64,000 nt of DNA from Phycisphaerales bacterium (GTDB taxonomy: Bacteria > Planctomycetota > Phycisphaerae > Phycisphaerales > UBA1924): the NCBI GenBank assembly GCA_020847175.1, contig JADLCM010000052.1:17014-81013 (forward strand), written 5' to 3'. Made by a program: the position numbers and the translations under genes. Below are positions 47,593 through 56,326 of the stretch, one piece after another. Position 1 is the first letter of the stretch; every line of letters begins with the position of its first letter. The notes beneath the pieces were generated by a model. It did no database searches. It had not been told where the DNA came from and saw nothing but the letters and a program-made list of their open reading frames with translations.

Positions 47593-49518
47593 ATGCCACG
47601 ATTCCCCGGCACGTCGCTCCGCCGCTCGTTGACTTGCTCGATCCTGGCGATCATCGCTGCGAGCGGGCCCGTCTTCGCCCAGCCCGAGGACGGGGCGATC
47701 GCGGCGCTCCTGAGCGAGAGCGGCCCGGATGTCGCGCTGTACGACCAGCATATCAGCACCCTGGCCAATCCGTTCTTCGAGGGCCGGGCCCCCGGCACCA
47801 ACGGCAACTTGCTGGCCGCGGACTACATCGAGCGGTACTTCCGCGATTACGGATTGAGCCCGGCCTTTCCCGGGCTCACCGGCGAGGCGTCCTTCCGGCA
47901 GCCCTTCCCGTTCGGCGAAAAGACCACCCTCAAGAGCCAGTTTGTCCAGTACTCCACCGGGGCGGCGCCCACGACCCTCACCCCGGGCACCGACTACGTC
48001 GTCACCGACTATTCCGGCAGCGGGCTCGCGACCGGCCCCCTCGCCTTCGCCGGCTACTCCATCGCCTCGGGGCCCGACGATTACGCCTCATATCCCGAAG
48101 GCATCGACCTCTCGGGGCGCGTGGTGATGATTCTGCGATTCGAGCCCTTGAACGACAAGGGCGGCTCTCGGTTCACGCAAGGACAGGGTTGGAGCCCCGC
48201 CGCGGCGCTCGATGCCAAGTTCAAGGCCGCCGCGGAGCGCGGGGCGGCGGGCATCATCCTCGTCAGTCCCCCCGAGGCCGACGACGAGCGTGCCAAGATG
48301 CTCTCACCCATCAGTTCGATGAACCCGGTGGGGGGGCCGCTCAATATTCCGGTGGTGATGATGACGTGGGAGGCCGGCGCTGCGCTTGTGCAGGCCGCGG
48401 GCGGGTCGCTCCCCGAACTCCGCGCCAAGGCCGATGCTGCGGGGGGCGTGACCGAGTTCGCCGGCGCCAAGGTGCTCGTCGCCGCCGAGATTGAGAAGAC
48501 GCCCATCGTGACAGCGAACGTCGGTGGCGTGCTTCACGGGCGGGGAAGCCTGGCTGACCAGTACATCGTGGTGGGGGCGCACTATGACCACGTCGGCTAC
48601 GGCGAGTTCGGCAGCCGCGCCGGGGCGAGGGGGCGCGGCGTGATCCACCCCGGGGCCGACGACAACGCATCGGGCACCAGCGGACTGCTGCTGCTGGCGA
48701 AGCACCTGAGCGAGCGGTACGCAGCGCTGCCCGAGGACGCCGAGGCGCGTTCCGTGCTCTTTCTCGCCTTTACCGCGGAGGAGTCGGGCCTGAACGGATC
48801 TCAGTTCTACGTGCGCAACATGCCCTTCGCCAAGGAGGCGCACACGATCATGCTGAACATGGACATGATCGGGCGCCTCACCAACAACCACCTTGAGGTG
48901 CAGGGGCTCGGCACCGCAGAAGGCATGGAAGCGATCGTGTCCCCGCTGCTGGATGCCTCCGGGCTCGACATCGCGCGCATGCCGGGGGGTACGGGTCCGA
49001 GCGATCACGCCAGTTTCTATCGAGCCGGGATCCCCGTGCTCTTCTTCTTCACGGGGCTGCACGAGCAGTATCACATGCCCGAGGATGTCGCCGCGCTCAT
49101 CAACCGCGAGGGTGCGGTGCGCGTGGTGGGGCTGGTCGAGCAGATCGCGATGTTCTTCGCGACCCGGCCCGAAGGCCTGGTGTATACCCGTGCCGAGCGG
49201 GCAGGCGTCGCGGCGGACTCTCCGGGCCCGACACGACTGCGCGTGCGGTTCGGCATCATGCCGGGGGATTACTCGGGGTCGATCAAGGGGGTGCTCGTCG
49301 GGGGCGTGACGCCGGGAACATCGGCCGAGGAAGCTGGCTTGAAGGAGGGCGACCTCATCACGCGCTGGAACGGCACGCCGCTTGACAGCGTGGAAGCGTG
49401 GATGCCCCTGCTCGCGCAGCACAACCCGGGCGACGAGGTTGAAGTCACCTTCGTGCGGGACGGAGCCGAGATGAAGGGCAAGTGCACGCTCAAGGCGGCC
49501 GCGATGCGGGGCGGGTGA
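47593..49518 (+). CDS. secreted M28-family aminopeptidase with PA domain and C-terminal PDZ domain
   Basis: Has a signal peptide. Contains [43 protein letters not shown] and SDHASFY (M28 Zn ligand set). C-terminal [19 protein letters not shown] is PDZ-like. Confidence 0.85.
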   Translation: MPRFPGTSLRRSLTCSILAIIAASGPVFAQPEDGAIAALLSESGPDVALYDQHISTLANPFFEGRAPGTNGNLLAADYIERYFRDYGLSPAFPGLTGEASFRQPFPFGEKTTLKSQFVQYSTGAAPTTLTPGTDYVVTDYSGSGLATGPLAFAGYSIASGPDDYASYPEGIDLSGRVVMILRFEPLNDKGGSRFTQGQGWSPAAALDAKFKAAAERGAAGIILVSPPEADDERAKMLSPISSMNPVGGPLNIPVVMMTWEAGAALVQAAGGSLPELRAKADAAGGVTEFAGAKVLVAAEIEKTPIVTANVGGVLHGRGSLADQYIVVGAHYDHVGYGEFGSRAGARGRGVIHPGADDNASGTSGLLLLAKHLSERYAALPEDAEARSVLFLAFTAEESGLNGSQFYVRNMPFAKEAHTIMLNMDMIGRLTNNHLEVQGLGTAEGMEAIVSPLLDASGLDIARMPGGTGPSDHASFYRAGIPVLFFFTGLHEQYHMPEDVAALINREGAVRVVGLVEQIAMFFATRPEGLVYTRAERAGVAADSPGPTRLRVRFGIMPGDYSGSIKGVLVGGVTPGTSAEEAGLKEGDLITRWNGTPLDSVEAWMPLLAQHNPGDEVEVTFVRDGAEMKGKCTLKAAAMRGG

Positions 49519-49555
49519 GCACGAATGCCCGCATCGCCGTTCAACCCCGGGCCGC

Positions 49556-49936
49556 TCAGCTGCCGGGCGTCGGGTCGCCGCAGTTCCGGCTCACGGGCAC
49601 AAGGCAGATGAACCGGAGCCCGTCATTCTGGTCGGGCGCGGAGCGGAACTGGTGCGTCTCGTTGGCAGGGACGTACAGCACATCGCCGGGGCGCAGCGGG
49701 TGGTCTTTCTCACCGAGGGTGATGGTGCCGCGCCCCGAGAGCACCACGACCTCGTGCTCGTAGTCGTGCGCGTGGCGCGGGGTGTGCCCCCCGGGCTCGA
49801 CCCTGAACTGCCGGAGCGCAAAGTTGGGTGCGCCGTCGGCGCGTCCGACCATGACCGCCATCGACGCGCCCTGCACGCCGTCCATCTGCACGGGTTTGAG
49901 GGGCGTCGCATCGAGGTTCCTGATGAGCATGTCCAT
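49556..49936 (-). CDS. cupin domain protein
   Basis: GGHTPRHAHDYEHEVVVLSGRG...GDVLYVPANETHQF matches cupin motifs 1 and 2. The start may be the third codon (ATG 49930) given the GGAGG position. Confidence 0.7.
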   Translation of the reverse strand: MDMLIRNLDATPLKPVQMDGVQGASMAVMVGRADGAPNFALRQFRVEPGGHTPRHAHDYEHEVVVLSGRGTITLGEKDHPLRPGDVLYVPANETHQFRSAPDQNDGLRFICLVPVSRNCGDPTPGS

Positions 49937-49964
49937 CCTCCGGTGGGCCTCGCGGGCATCGTAT

Positions 49965-51101
49965 TCAGCGCATGAGCATTTCGATCCGTGCGATGCGTTT
50001 GTGGATCGGCGGATGCGAAGCGAACAGGCTGTCGATGCTATGGCCCGAGCGCATCGCCTTGCGGAGCGGGTTCACGATGTACATGTGGGCGGTGCCCCGA
50101 TTGGCCAGGTCCACGTGCGGGTCGCGGTCTGAGGCGAGCCGTCGGAGAGCGTTGGCCAGCCCCTGCGGATTGCGCGTCAACTCGACCGCGCCCGCATCGG
50201 CGAGGTACTCCCGCTCCCGGCTGTACGCCATCTGGATGATCGCGGTGATGATCGGCGCCACGATCGCCAGCACGAGCGAGACGACCATCAGGATGATCCA
50301 GATCACGATGCGCCCGCCCGCCTCCTTGCTGTTGCGCCCGCCCACAAAGCCCCTGGAGTGCCAGACCATCCTCCAGAAGAGGTCGCACGCGAGGACGATG
50401 AGGCCCGCCATTGTCGCCATCAGCATGGCGAAGCGGATATCCAGGTGCCGGATGTGCGACATCTCGTGCGCAACGACGCCCTGCAGTTCATCGCGCGCGA
50501 GTTTCTCGCGCAGCCCCGACGTGATCGCGATCACGCCGTGCTCCGGGTCGCGCCCGGTCGCGAAGGCATTGAGCGCGGTCTCCGGAATGAGGTAGACACG
50601 GGGCATGGGGAGGCCCGCCGCAACCCGCACTTCATCCACGACATTGAAGAGTTCCGGGTCGAGTTCACGAGAGACTTCTTTGGCGCCCACGATCGCAAGC
50701 ACGGCCTTGGCGCCGCTGTTCCAGCTCCACGCCGCCCCGGCGAGCGCGACGAAGAACGCAATCGCGCCCCCGGTGAACGCGCTGAGGAGGAGCGGCATCC
50801 GCGAGGGCTCAGGTATGCCCGGGCCGGGTTGCATCGTCACGGACTCGGGGTTGGCAAACCCGCCGAAGAGCAGCCCGACGACCACCCCGATGCCCACGGC
50901 GAGCAGCACCATGAACACGATGAGGAGCGCGCTGCGGCGCTTGTTTCTGCGGATCAGTTCGAGATAGGTCGACGTGCCGGCGTAGGCCCGCATCTCGCCG
51001 CGAATGACCTCTTCGGCGGCGTCGGAGAGCCGGGCCACGCCCCCGCCCGGCTCGGTTGGCGCTGGCGCCGGCTCGGGGCGCGCTGGACGAGGCTTGCTCA
51101 T
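49965..51101 (-). CDS. M48-family zinc metalloprotease (HtpX-like)
   Basis: Contains VVAHEMSHIRHLD (HExxH), four TM segments and C-terminal SHPP(I)..R. Confidence 0.85.
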   Translation of the reverse strand: MSKPRPARPEPAPAPTEPGGGVARLSDAAEEVIRGEMRAYAGTSTYLELIRRNKRRSALLIVFMVLLAVGIGVVVGLLFGGFANPESVTMQPGPGIPEPSRMPLLLSAFTGGAIAFFVALAGAAWSWNSGAKAVLAIVGAKEVSRELDPELFNVVDEVRVAAGLPMPRVYLIPETALNAFATGRDPEHGVIAITSGLREKLARDELQGVVAHEMSHIRHLDIRFAMLMATMAGLIVLACDLFWRMVWHSRGFVGGRNSKEAGGRIVIWIILMVVSLVLAIVAPIITAIIQMAYSREREYLADAGAVELTRNPQGLANALRRLASDRDPHVDLANRGTAHMYIVNPLRKAMRSGHSIDSLFASHPPIHKRIARIEMLMR

Positions 51102-51128
51102 GGGGGCGGCTCAGACGGGGTACGAAGA

Positions 51129-51704
51129 CTACTTGAACGACACCTTCGGGGCTTCGCGCTCCGCCGCGGACTCCAGCTTGAAGTACTCGCGCGGGCCGAA
51201 GTTGAACATCGCCGCGACCAGGTTCGCCGGGAACGTCATGCGTCCCTCCTCGTAGCGCCCGACCACGTCGTTGTAGTGCTGGCGGGCGAACCCGATCTTG
51301 TTCTCGGTGCTGCTCAGTTCTTCCTGGAGTTGCCGGAAGTTCGTGTCGGCCTTGAGGTTGGGGTAAGCCTCTGCAACTGCCATGAGCCGCGACAGCACCC
51401 CGGAGAGCTCGCCCTCCGCCTTGGCCTTCGCCGCCGCGTGCATCGCGTCGGAGGAGATGTTGACCGCCATCTGACGGGCCGAGATGACGGCATCAAGGGT
51501 TTCGCGTTCGTGCGAGGCGTAGCCCTTGACGGTCTCGACAAGGTTCGGGATCAGGTCATACCTGCGCTTGAGCTGCACATCGATCTGGGCCCATCCGTTG
51601 TCGACATCCACCCGCTTGCGCACCAGGCCGTTGTACAGCCCGATGGCGACAAGCAGAAAGAGCACGAAGACGCCCGCAATCACGCCGCCGATGATCCAAC
51701 CCAT
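51129..51704 (-). CDS. lemA: LemA family protein
   Basis: N-terminal TM, then YNGLVRKRVDVDNGWAQIDVQLKRRYDLIPNLVETVKGYA.HE..TL, diagnostic for LemA. GGGAGGG lies upstream of ATG 51704. Confidence 0.9.
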   Translation of the reverse strand: MGWIIGGVIAGVFVLFLLVAIGLYNGLVRKRVDVDNGWAQIDVQLKRRYDLIPNLVETVKGYASHERETLDAVISARQMAVNISSDAMHAAAKAKAEGELSGVLSRLMAVAEAYPNLKADTNFRQLQEELSSTENKIGFARQHYNDVVGRYEEGRMTFPANLVAAMFNFGPREYFKLESAAEREAPKVSFK

Positions 51705-51804
51705 GGGTGAGGCCCTCCCGCCGGACTCTTTCGTGCCGGCTTGCCCTCGCTTTCACCGGAGATGATACTTGCCCCGGGGCGAGCCCGCCCGCTGGAGCCG
51801 CGAC

Positions 51805-52992
51805 ATGCCGGAGCCCGCCACCCGCCTCCCTCCCGTCCGTCCCGCGCCGGTCACCCTGGCCGCCCTGCTCGACGAGCTGCTCTGGCCGCGGCTGCTGCGC
51901 GTCCCCGCGATGGCGCTGCGGACCGACCGACTCATCCTCGCCTTCCTGGGCGTGCTCGGCGTCGCCCTCTGCGCCTCGATCTCGTCGCTGTGGATGAGCG
52001 GGCCGGGGTTCCTGTCCCGGTGGCTCGATGGCATCGGCCAGGGCTTTGCCGCGTGCTGGGGTGGCGTACTCGCCGGAGACGGCGCCAGCGCCGCCTCGGG
52101 ACTGCTGGCCGCGGTGATCGCGGCCCCGCGTGAGGCGTTGAGGGCAGACCCCGTGGGCGCGGTCGTGACGCTCCCCCTCGCCCTCGCTCTGTGGATGACC
52201 TTTGGGGGCGCGATTGCCCGGTCCATCGCCTGCGACTTCGCCGCAGGGGTTCGTCTCCCGTGGCCCGCCGCGCTGGGTTTCGGCGTGCAACGGGCCGGGG
52301 CGCTCTTCTTTGCCGCGGCCCTGCCGCTGGGCATCGCTGGGTTGATCGCGCTCGCCATCAGCCTCGTGGGCTGGGCCCTATTTGGCGTTCCGGTGCTTGA
52401 CGTGATCGGAGCACTGGCCTTCCCGCTCCTGGTCCTCGGGGCGATCCTCGCGGTGCTCATCGGCGCGGTCATGTTCATGGGAGGCAACCTGCTCGCTCCC
52501 GCGGTCGCCTGCGAAGGCACCGATGCGATCGACGCCGTGCAGCGCACCATGAACTACGTGCTGCACCGCCCGCTCGTGCTCGCGCTCTACTCCGGCGTCG
52601 CACTCGGAATCGGCGCCGCAGCCTACCTGCTGGCCTTCGCGCTTCTCTCCGGTGCGATGGAAGGGGCCCGCTCGCTCGTTCTCGCCTGGTCGGGTTCACG
52701 GGCAGAGGGCATTCTCGGGGGCACCGGCGGCCCCGACGGTTCTGCCGATGTTGCGTCCTACTTCATCCGGCTCTGGTCCAGCGCCGCCGAAATCCTGCTG
52801 CTCGCCTTCGGGGTGAGCCTGTACTTCTCGATGTCCACGCTGCTCTACCTCTTCGCGCGCCAGAAGAACGACCTCCAGCACCACAGCGAGGTCTGGTTTC
52901 CGGGCATGATTGAGGGCACACAGGCCGCCGATGCGGCCGCCTCGGGCGTTCGCATCGAGCCCTCCGCCGCGAGCGGCGGCGATGCGGACTGA
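51805..52992 (+). CDS. hypothetical polytopic membrane protein
   Basis: About 8 hydrophobic helices with high GC3. ATG 51805 is preferred over TTG 51769. No family recognised. Confidence 0.5.
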   Translation: MPEPATRLPPVRPAPVTLAALLDELLWPRLLRVPAMALRTDRLILAFLGVLGVALCASISSLWMSGPGFLSRWLDGIGQGFAACWGGVLAGDGASAASGLLAAVIAAPREALRADPVGAVVTLPLALALWMTFGGAIARSIACDFAAGVRLPWPAALGFGVQRAGALFFAAALPLGIAGLIALAISLVGWALFGVPVLDVIGALAFPLLVLGAILAVLIGAVMFMGGNLLAPAVACEGTDAIDAVQRTMNYVLHRPLVLALYSGVALGIGAAAYLLAFALLSGAMEGARSLVLAWSGSRAEGILGGTGGPDGSADVASYFIRLWSSAAEILLLAFGVSLYFSMSTLLYLFARQKNDLQHHSEVWFPGMIEGTQAADAAASGVRIEPSAASGGDAD

Positions 52993-53018
52993 CGCCCCAT
53001 CCCCTGAACAGATCCCGG

Positions 53019-54251
53019 TTACCGCTTCGCCCTGCGGCGCGATGCGATCCACTTCTCCACGTCCTCGGCCGTCTTGGGGATCGACGCCGACAGGTTCTTC
53101 CGCCCGGTCCCCGTCACCAGGATGTCATCCTCGATCCGGATGCCCAGCCTGCGGTCGGTCAGGTAGACCCCTGGCTCGATGGTGACGATTGCCCCCGGCC
53201 TGAGCGCCCCGTCCGGGGTCGCATCGTGCACGTCGAGGCCCAGGTGGTGCCCGATCCCGTGCATGAACGCATCACCGAAGCCTGCTCGTTCAATGACCTC
53301 GCGGGCTGCGGCGTCTACCTGGTGCATCATCGCTCCAGGGCGCACGGCACGGATCGCCGCCTCCTGTGCCGCGAGCACCACGTCGTACACCCGGCGCTGA
53401 TCCTTGCTGAACCTGCCCGACACGGGGAAGGTCCGGGTGATGTCCGAGGCGTACCCGCCGAACGCCGCTGCGGCGTCGACGCACAGCAGGTCGCCTTCGG
53501 CGAGCTGCTGGTCGTTCGCGTGATAATGCAGCACGGTGCTGTTGAGCCCCGCCCCCACAATCGGGTGGTAGGCATTTCCTGTGCCGCCCGAATCGGCAAA
53601 CCCGCGTTCGAGCAGCCGATGCAGGCGACGTTCATTGACGCCGGGGGCGAGTTCGGCGAGCATCGCGTCGTACCCGGCCCGGGTGCACTCGATCGCCCGG
53701 GCCACCAGGCGCTGCTCGCCCCGGCTCTTGGTTGATCGAAGGCGCGGCACGAGCATCGTCTCATCACCGATGCTCACGCCCGGCACGCGCTCGGCCACCT
53801 TTCGGAATACCGCGAGGTCGGGGCTCACCGGCGCGTCGTAGGTGGCGAACCTGTGCAGGCAGCACGCCCGCTTGCTCCGGCGCAGGGCGTCGGTGAGCAT
53901 CATGGGCAGCATCGTGGATCGGAAAATCCGTGAGAATCCGGTCTGCTTCCGAAGCGCGCCCGAGAGGGGCGAGCGCCACCCGTCCCACTGTTCCACTTCC
54001 GGGTTGCGCGGCTTGAGGAAGAGGCAGCAGCGCCGGTTGGGGTCCGGGTTCGTCGGGTCGAAGAGCACCGCCGCCCCCGCCTCGCCGCCGATACCAGTCG
54101 CGTAGTAGAACGCGGACTCCGCCTTGAAGGCGTCGTGCAGGCTCGCCGCCGCATCGCCCGCGAAGAGCACGCCCGTGCCCCCCTTGAGCGCCCGGGCAAT
54201 CGCGTGGCGCCTGGCGACATACTCGGAGACCGCGATGTTCGTATCCATCAT
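53019..54251 (-). CDS. pepP: Xaa-Pro aminopeptidase, peptidase M24B
   Basis: Contains DITRTFPVSG, HGIGHHLGLDVHD, VTIEPGVY and IRIEDDILVT (M24B metal-ligand blocks). Start at ATG 54251, with ATGA overlap onto the upstream gene stop. Confidence 0.85.
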   Translation of the reverse strand: MMDTNIAVSEYVARRHAIARALKGGTGVLFAGDAAASLHDAFKAESAFYYATGIGGEAGAAVLFDPTNPDPNRRCCLFLKPRNPEVEQWDGWRSPLSGALRKQTGFSRIFRSTMLPMMLTDALRRSKRACCLHRFATYDAPVSPDLAVFRKVAERVPGVSIGDETMLVPRLRSTKSRGEQRLVARAIECTRAGYDAMLAELAPGVNERRLHRLLERGFADSGGTGNAYHPIVGAGLNSTVLHYHANDQQLAEGDLLCVDAAAAFGGYASDITRTFPVSGRFSKDQRRVYDVVLAAQEAAIRAVRPGAMMHQVDAAAREVIERAGFGDAFMHGIGHHLGLDVHDATPDGALRPGAIVTIEPGVYLTDRRLGIRIEDDILVTGTGRKNLSASIPKTAEDVEKWIASRRRAKR

Positions 54252-54634
54252 GGGGAGGGGTCCTTGCGGGGCACTGTGCACGCTCCGCGGATGATCTCGA
54301 GCGTCCGGGCCTCGTACAGCCGGCCCTTGTCAAACCCGTCGCGAGCGCCCGCGTCGCGGGCCGCCTGCTGCGCGTCAGCGTACCGGCTGACGAGCGACCA
54401 CGTTGCGTGGCGCGCCCGCATCAGGTCGACGCCGAGCTCGACATCAAACGCGCCGTCAAGCACGCGATTGACGAGCACGTATGTCGCGTGCGGCAGGTGT
54501 GCCTCGAACGAGTGCTGGTCCGTCACCGAGGTCACCCTGGCCCCGGGCACCGCGCGCAGCACGGCCATGCGGAGCATCGCCGCGTCCGGGGTGCAGTGCC
54601 CCACAAGCAACACATCCGGGGCGGAGTTCGTCAC
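54248..54634 (-). CDS. hypothetical small protein (possible degenerate receiver-like fold)
   Basis: 128 aa beginning at GTG 54634, which overlaps the tilS stop (GTGA). The stop overlaps the pepP start. The alternating hydrophobic strand pattern VLLVGHC...YVLVNRVLDG is receiver-like but lacks the acidic pocket. The family call is speculative. Confidence 0.45.
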   Translation of the reverse strand: MTNSAPDVLLVGHCTPDAAMLRMAVLRAVPGARVTSVTDQHSFEAHLPHATYVLVNRVLDGAFDVELGVDLMRARHATWSLVSRYADAQQAARDAGARDGFDKGRLYEARTLEIIRGACTVPRKDPSP

Positions 54635-55650
54635 AATGCACGCTCCACGGACACCAGTTTCGCGCCCACGACGACGATCACCGGGCCGAACTCCAGCAGG
54701 CGCCGACGATCCGGCGCGGCTCTGAGCGCCCGAATCGCGCTCGCGATCCGGCGCGCCGTGAGAGAGCCCGAGCGTACGCCGCGCGCCTGGGCGGTGCGAC
54801 GGAGCCACGCGCCGAGCACATCGTCTGGTGCTTCCGCGAGCGTGGTTCGGTCCCAGGCCCCCTCACCCCGCGCCGCTCGCACAGACAGGCGCGCCGCCTC
54901 GCGCGCCATGTGGTCGGCGGTGAGCGCGAGCAGCCGCCCGGCCTGCGCCGCCCGCTGCGCCCCGGCGGGCCAGCGATCAAGCAGTCGCGGCACGATCTCA
55001 AGCCTCAGGAACGCCCGGTCGCGCGACGTGTCCCGGTTTGTCTGGTCCGTCCGCCAGCGTTCCCCGGCTGCGGTGCAGATCGCCTCCGCGTTCGCCCGGG
55101 TGAGCGCGAGCAGGGGGCGGATCACCCTCACACCCGCAAGGCGCGTGCGCTCGCGGATTCCGGCGAGCCCGGGGGCGCCTGCTCCGCGCATGAGGCGCAG
55201 CACCATCGTCTCGAGCTGGTCCTCGGCGTGATGCGCCGTCGCCACCCACCCGCACCCGTGCTCGGCCGCCATGCTCGCCAAGGCCGCGTAGCGGGCGTTG
55301 CGCGCGCGGGCTTCGGCGTTGCCCGGGCCGTGTCTGACGGAGACCTCTCGCACTGCAAACGCCAACCCAAGCCGTTTCGCGAGGGCCGCCACGTGGTCGC
55401 GGTCGCCCAAGGCCGCCTCTCGGGGCCGAAAGTCATGCACGACGTGCCCGAGGACGACGTCGTCGCCGAACTCCGCCAGGGAAAGCACCATCGCGACCGA
55501 ATCACCACCCCCCGAGCAGGCGAGAAGGGTCTTCTTCGGGTGATGCGGGCAGCGTCTCGGCGGGGCGGTGAGCCTTCGCCAGGCACGCCGGATCTCCGCC
55601 GCCCCCGGAACCCCCCGTAGCCGAGATTTCGTGGAGTGTGGCGCCCGCAC
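54631..55650 (-). CDS. tilS: tRNA(Ile)-lysidine synthetase
   Basis: PP-loop LLACSGGGDSVAM, followed by ATAHHAEDQLETMVLRLMRG, typical of TilS. Start set at GTG 55650 because the longer ATG 55839 extension is antisense to the 55670 gene. Confidence 0.75.
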   Translation of the reverse strand: MRAPHSTKSRLRGVPGAAEIRRAWRRLTAPPRRCPHHPKKTLLACSGGGDSVAMVLSLAEFGDDVVLGHVVHDFRPREAALGDRDHVAALAKRLGLAFAVREVSVRHGPGNAEARARNARYAALASMAAEHGCGWVATAHHAEDQLETMVLRLMRGAGAPGLAGIRERTRLAGVRVIRPLLALTRANAEAICTAAGERWRTDQTNRDTSRDRAFLRLEIVPRLLDRWPAGAQRAAQAGRLLALTADHMAREAARLSVRAARGEGAWDRTTLAEAPDDVLGAWLRRTAQARGVRSGSLTARRIASAIRALRAAPDRRRLLEFGPVIVVVGAKLVSVERAL

Positions 55651-55669
55651 GGCACGATGGTAGGGGGCG

Positions 55670-56257
55670 ATGCTCCAAGGCCCCCCGATCCCGGTTGCAT
55701 TGCTTACGCCCGCCCAGGCGGAACCGGGCGCGAACGACCTGACGTCCGGCGAGGGGCAACCCGCCGACCCGAGGCCCGCCGGGGGCGGCTCGAGTTGGGT
55801 CGCGCCGATCCTGGGCGCGTTCGGCATCCTGGTGCTCATCCAGACGCTCTTCAGGGCCTATCGGCGCAACGCATCCAAGAAGTCTGCGCTCTCTCAGCCG
55901 CCGCGCGAACGGCTGGCCGAAGTCCGCGCGCAGGCAGACGCCCGGCGCGATCCCGTCGAACGCCTGATGGCCGAGGCGACGGAGCTGTGCCAGCGGCTGG
56001 CTACCCAGATGGACGCCAAGGCCGCGGTGCTCGAAGCCCTTATCGACCGCGCCGAGGCCGCCGCGACTCGCCTCGAACATGCCCGGGGGGGATCCCCTTC
56101 GCTCCGCTCGGCGGGTGACCCGCCGAATCCCGAGGAGCCCATGCAGCGCCGAGTTTTTGAGCTCGCCGATCAGGGCATGAACTCGCGCGACATCGCGGCG
56201 AGAGTCGGCCAGCCGCAGGGGCATGTTGAACTCATGCTCAACCTTCGCAGGGCATAG
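55670..56257 (+). CDS. single-pass membrane protein with coiled coil and C-terminal HTH-like motif (DUF2802-like, tentative)
   Basis: TM segment WVAPILGAFGILVLIQTLF and a coiled coil (RLMAEATELCQRLATQMDAKAAVLEALIDRAE). The C-terminal VFELADQGMNSRDIAARVGQPQGHVELMLNL resembles a small HTH. GC3 is high throughout. Confidence 0.55.
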   Translation: MLQGPPIPVALLTPAQAEPGANDLTSGEGQPADPRPAGGGSSWVAPILGAFGILVLIQTLFRAYRRNASKKSALSQPPRERLAEVRAQADARRDPVERLMAEATELCQRLATQMDAKAAVLEALIDRAEAAATRLEHARGGSPSLRSAGDPPNPEEPMQRRVFELADQGMNSRDIAARVGQPQGHVELMLNLRRA

Positions 56258-56326
56258 GTGGGCCCCGGCGCGATCGTCTCATCGTCGGACGGAGGAACGC
56301 CGGAAGCCTCGGGAGGGGCCCGCGCA

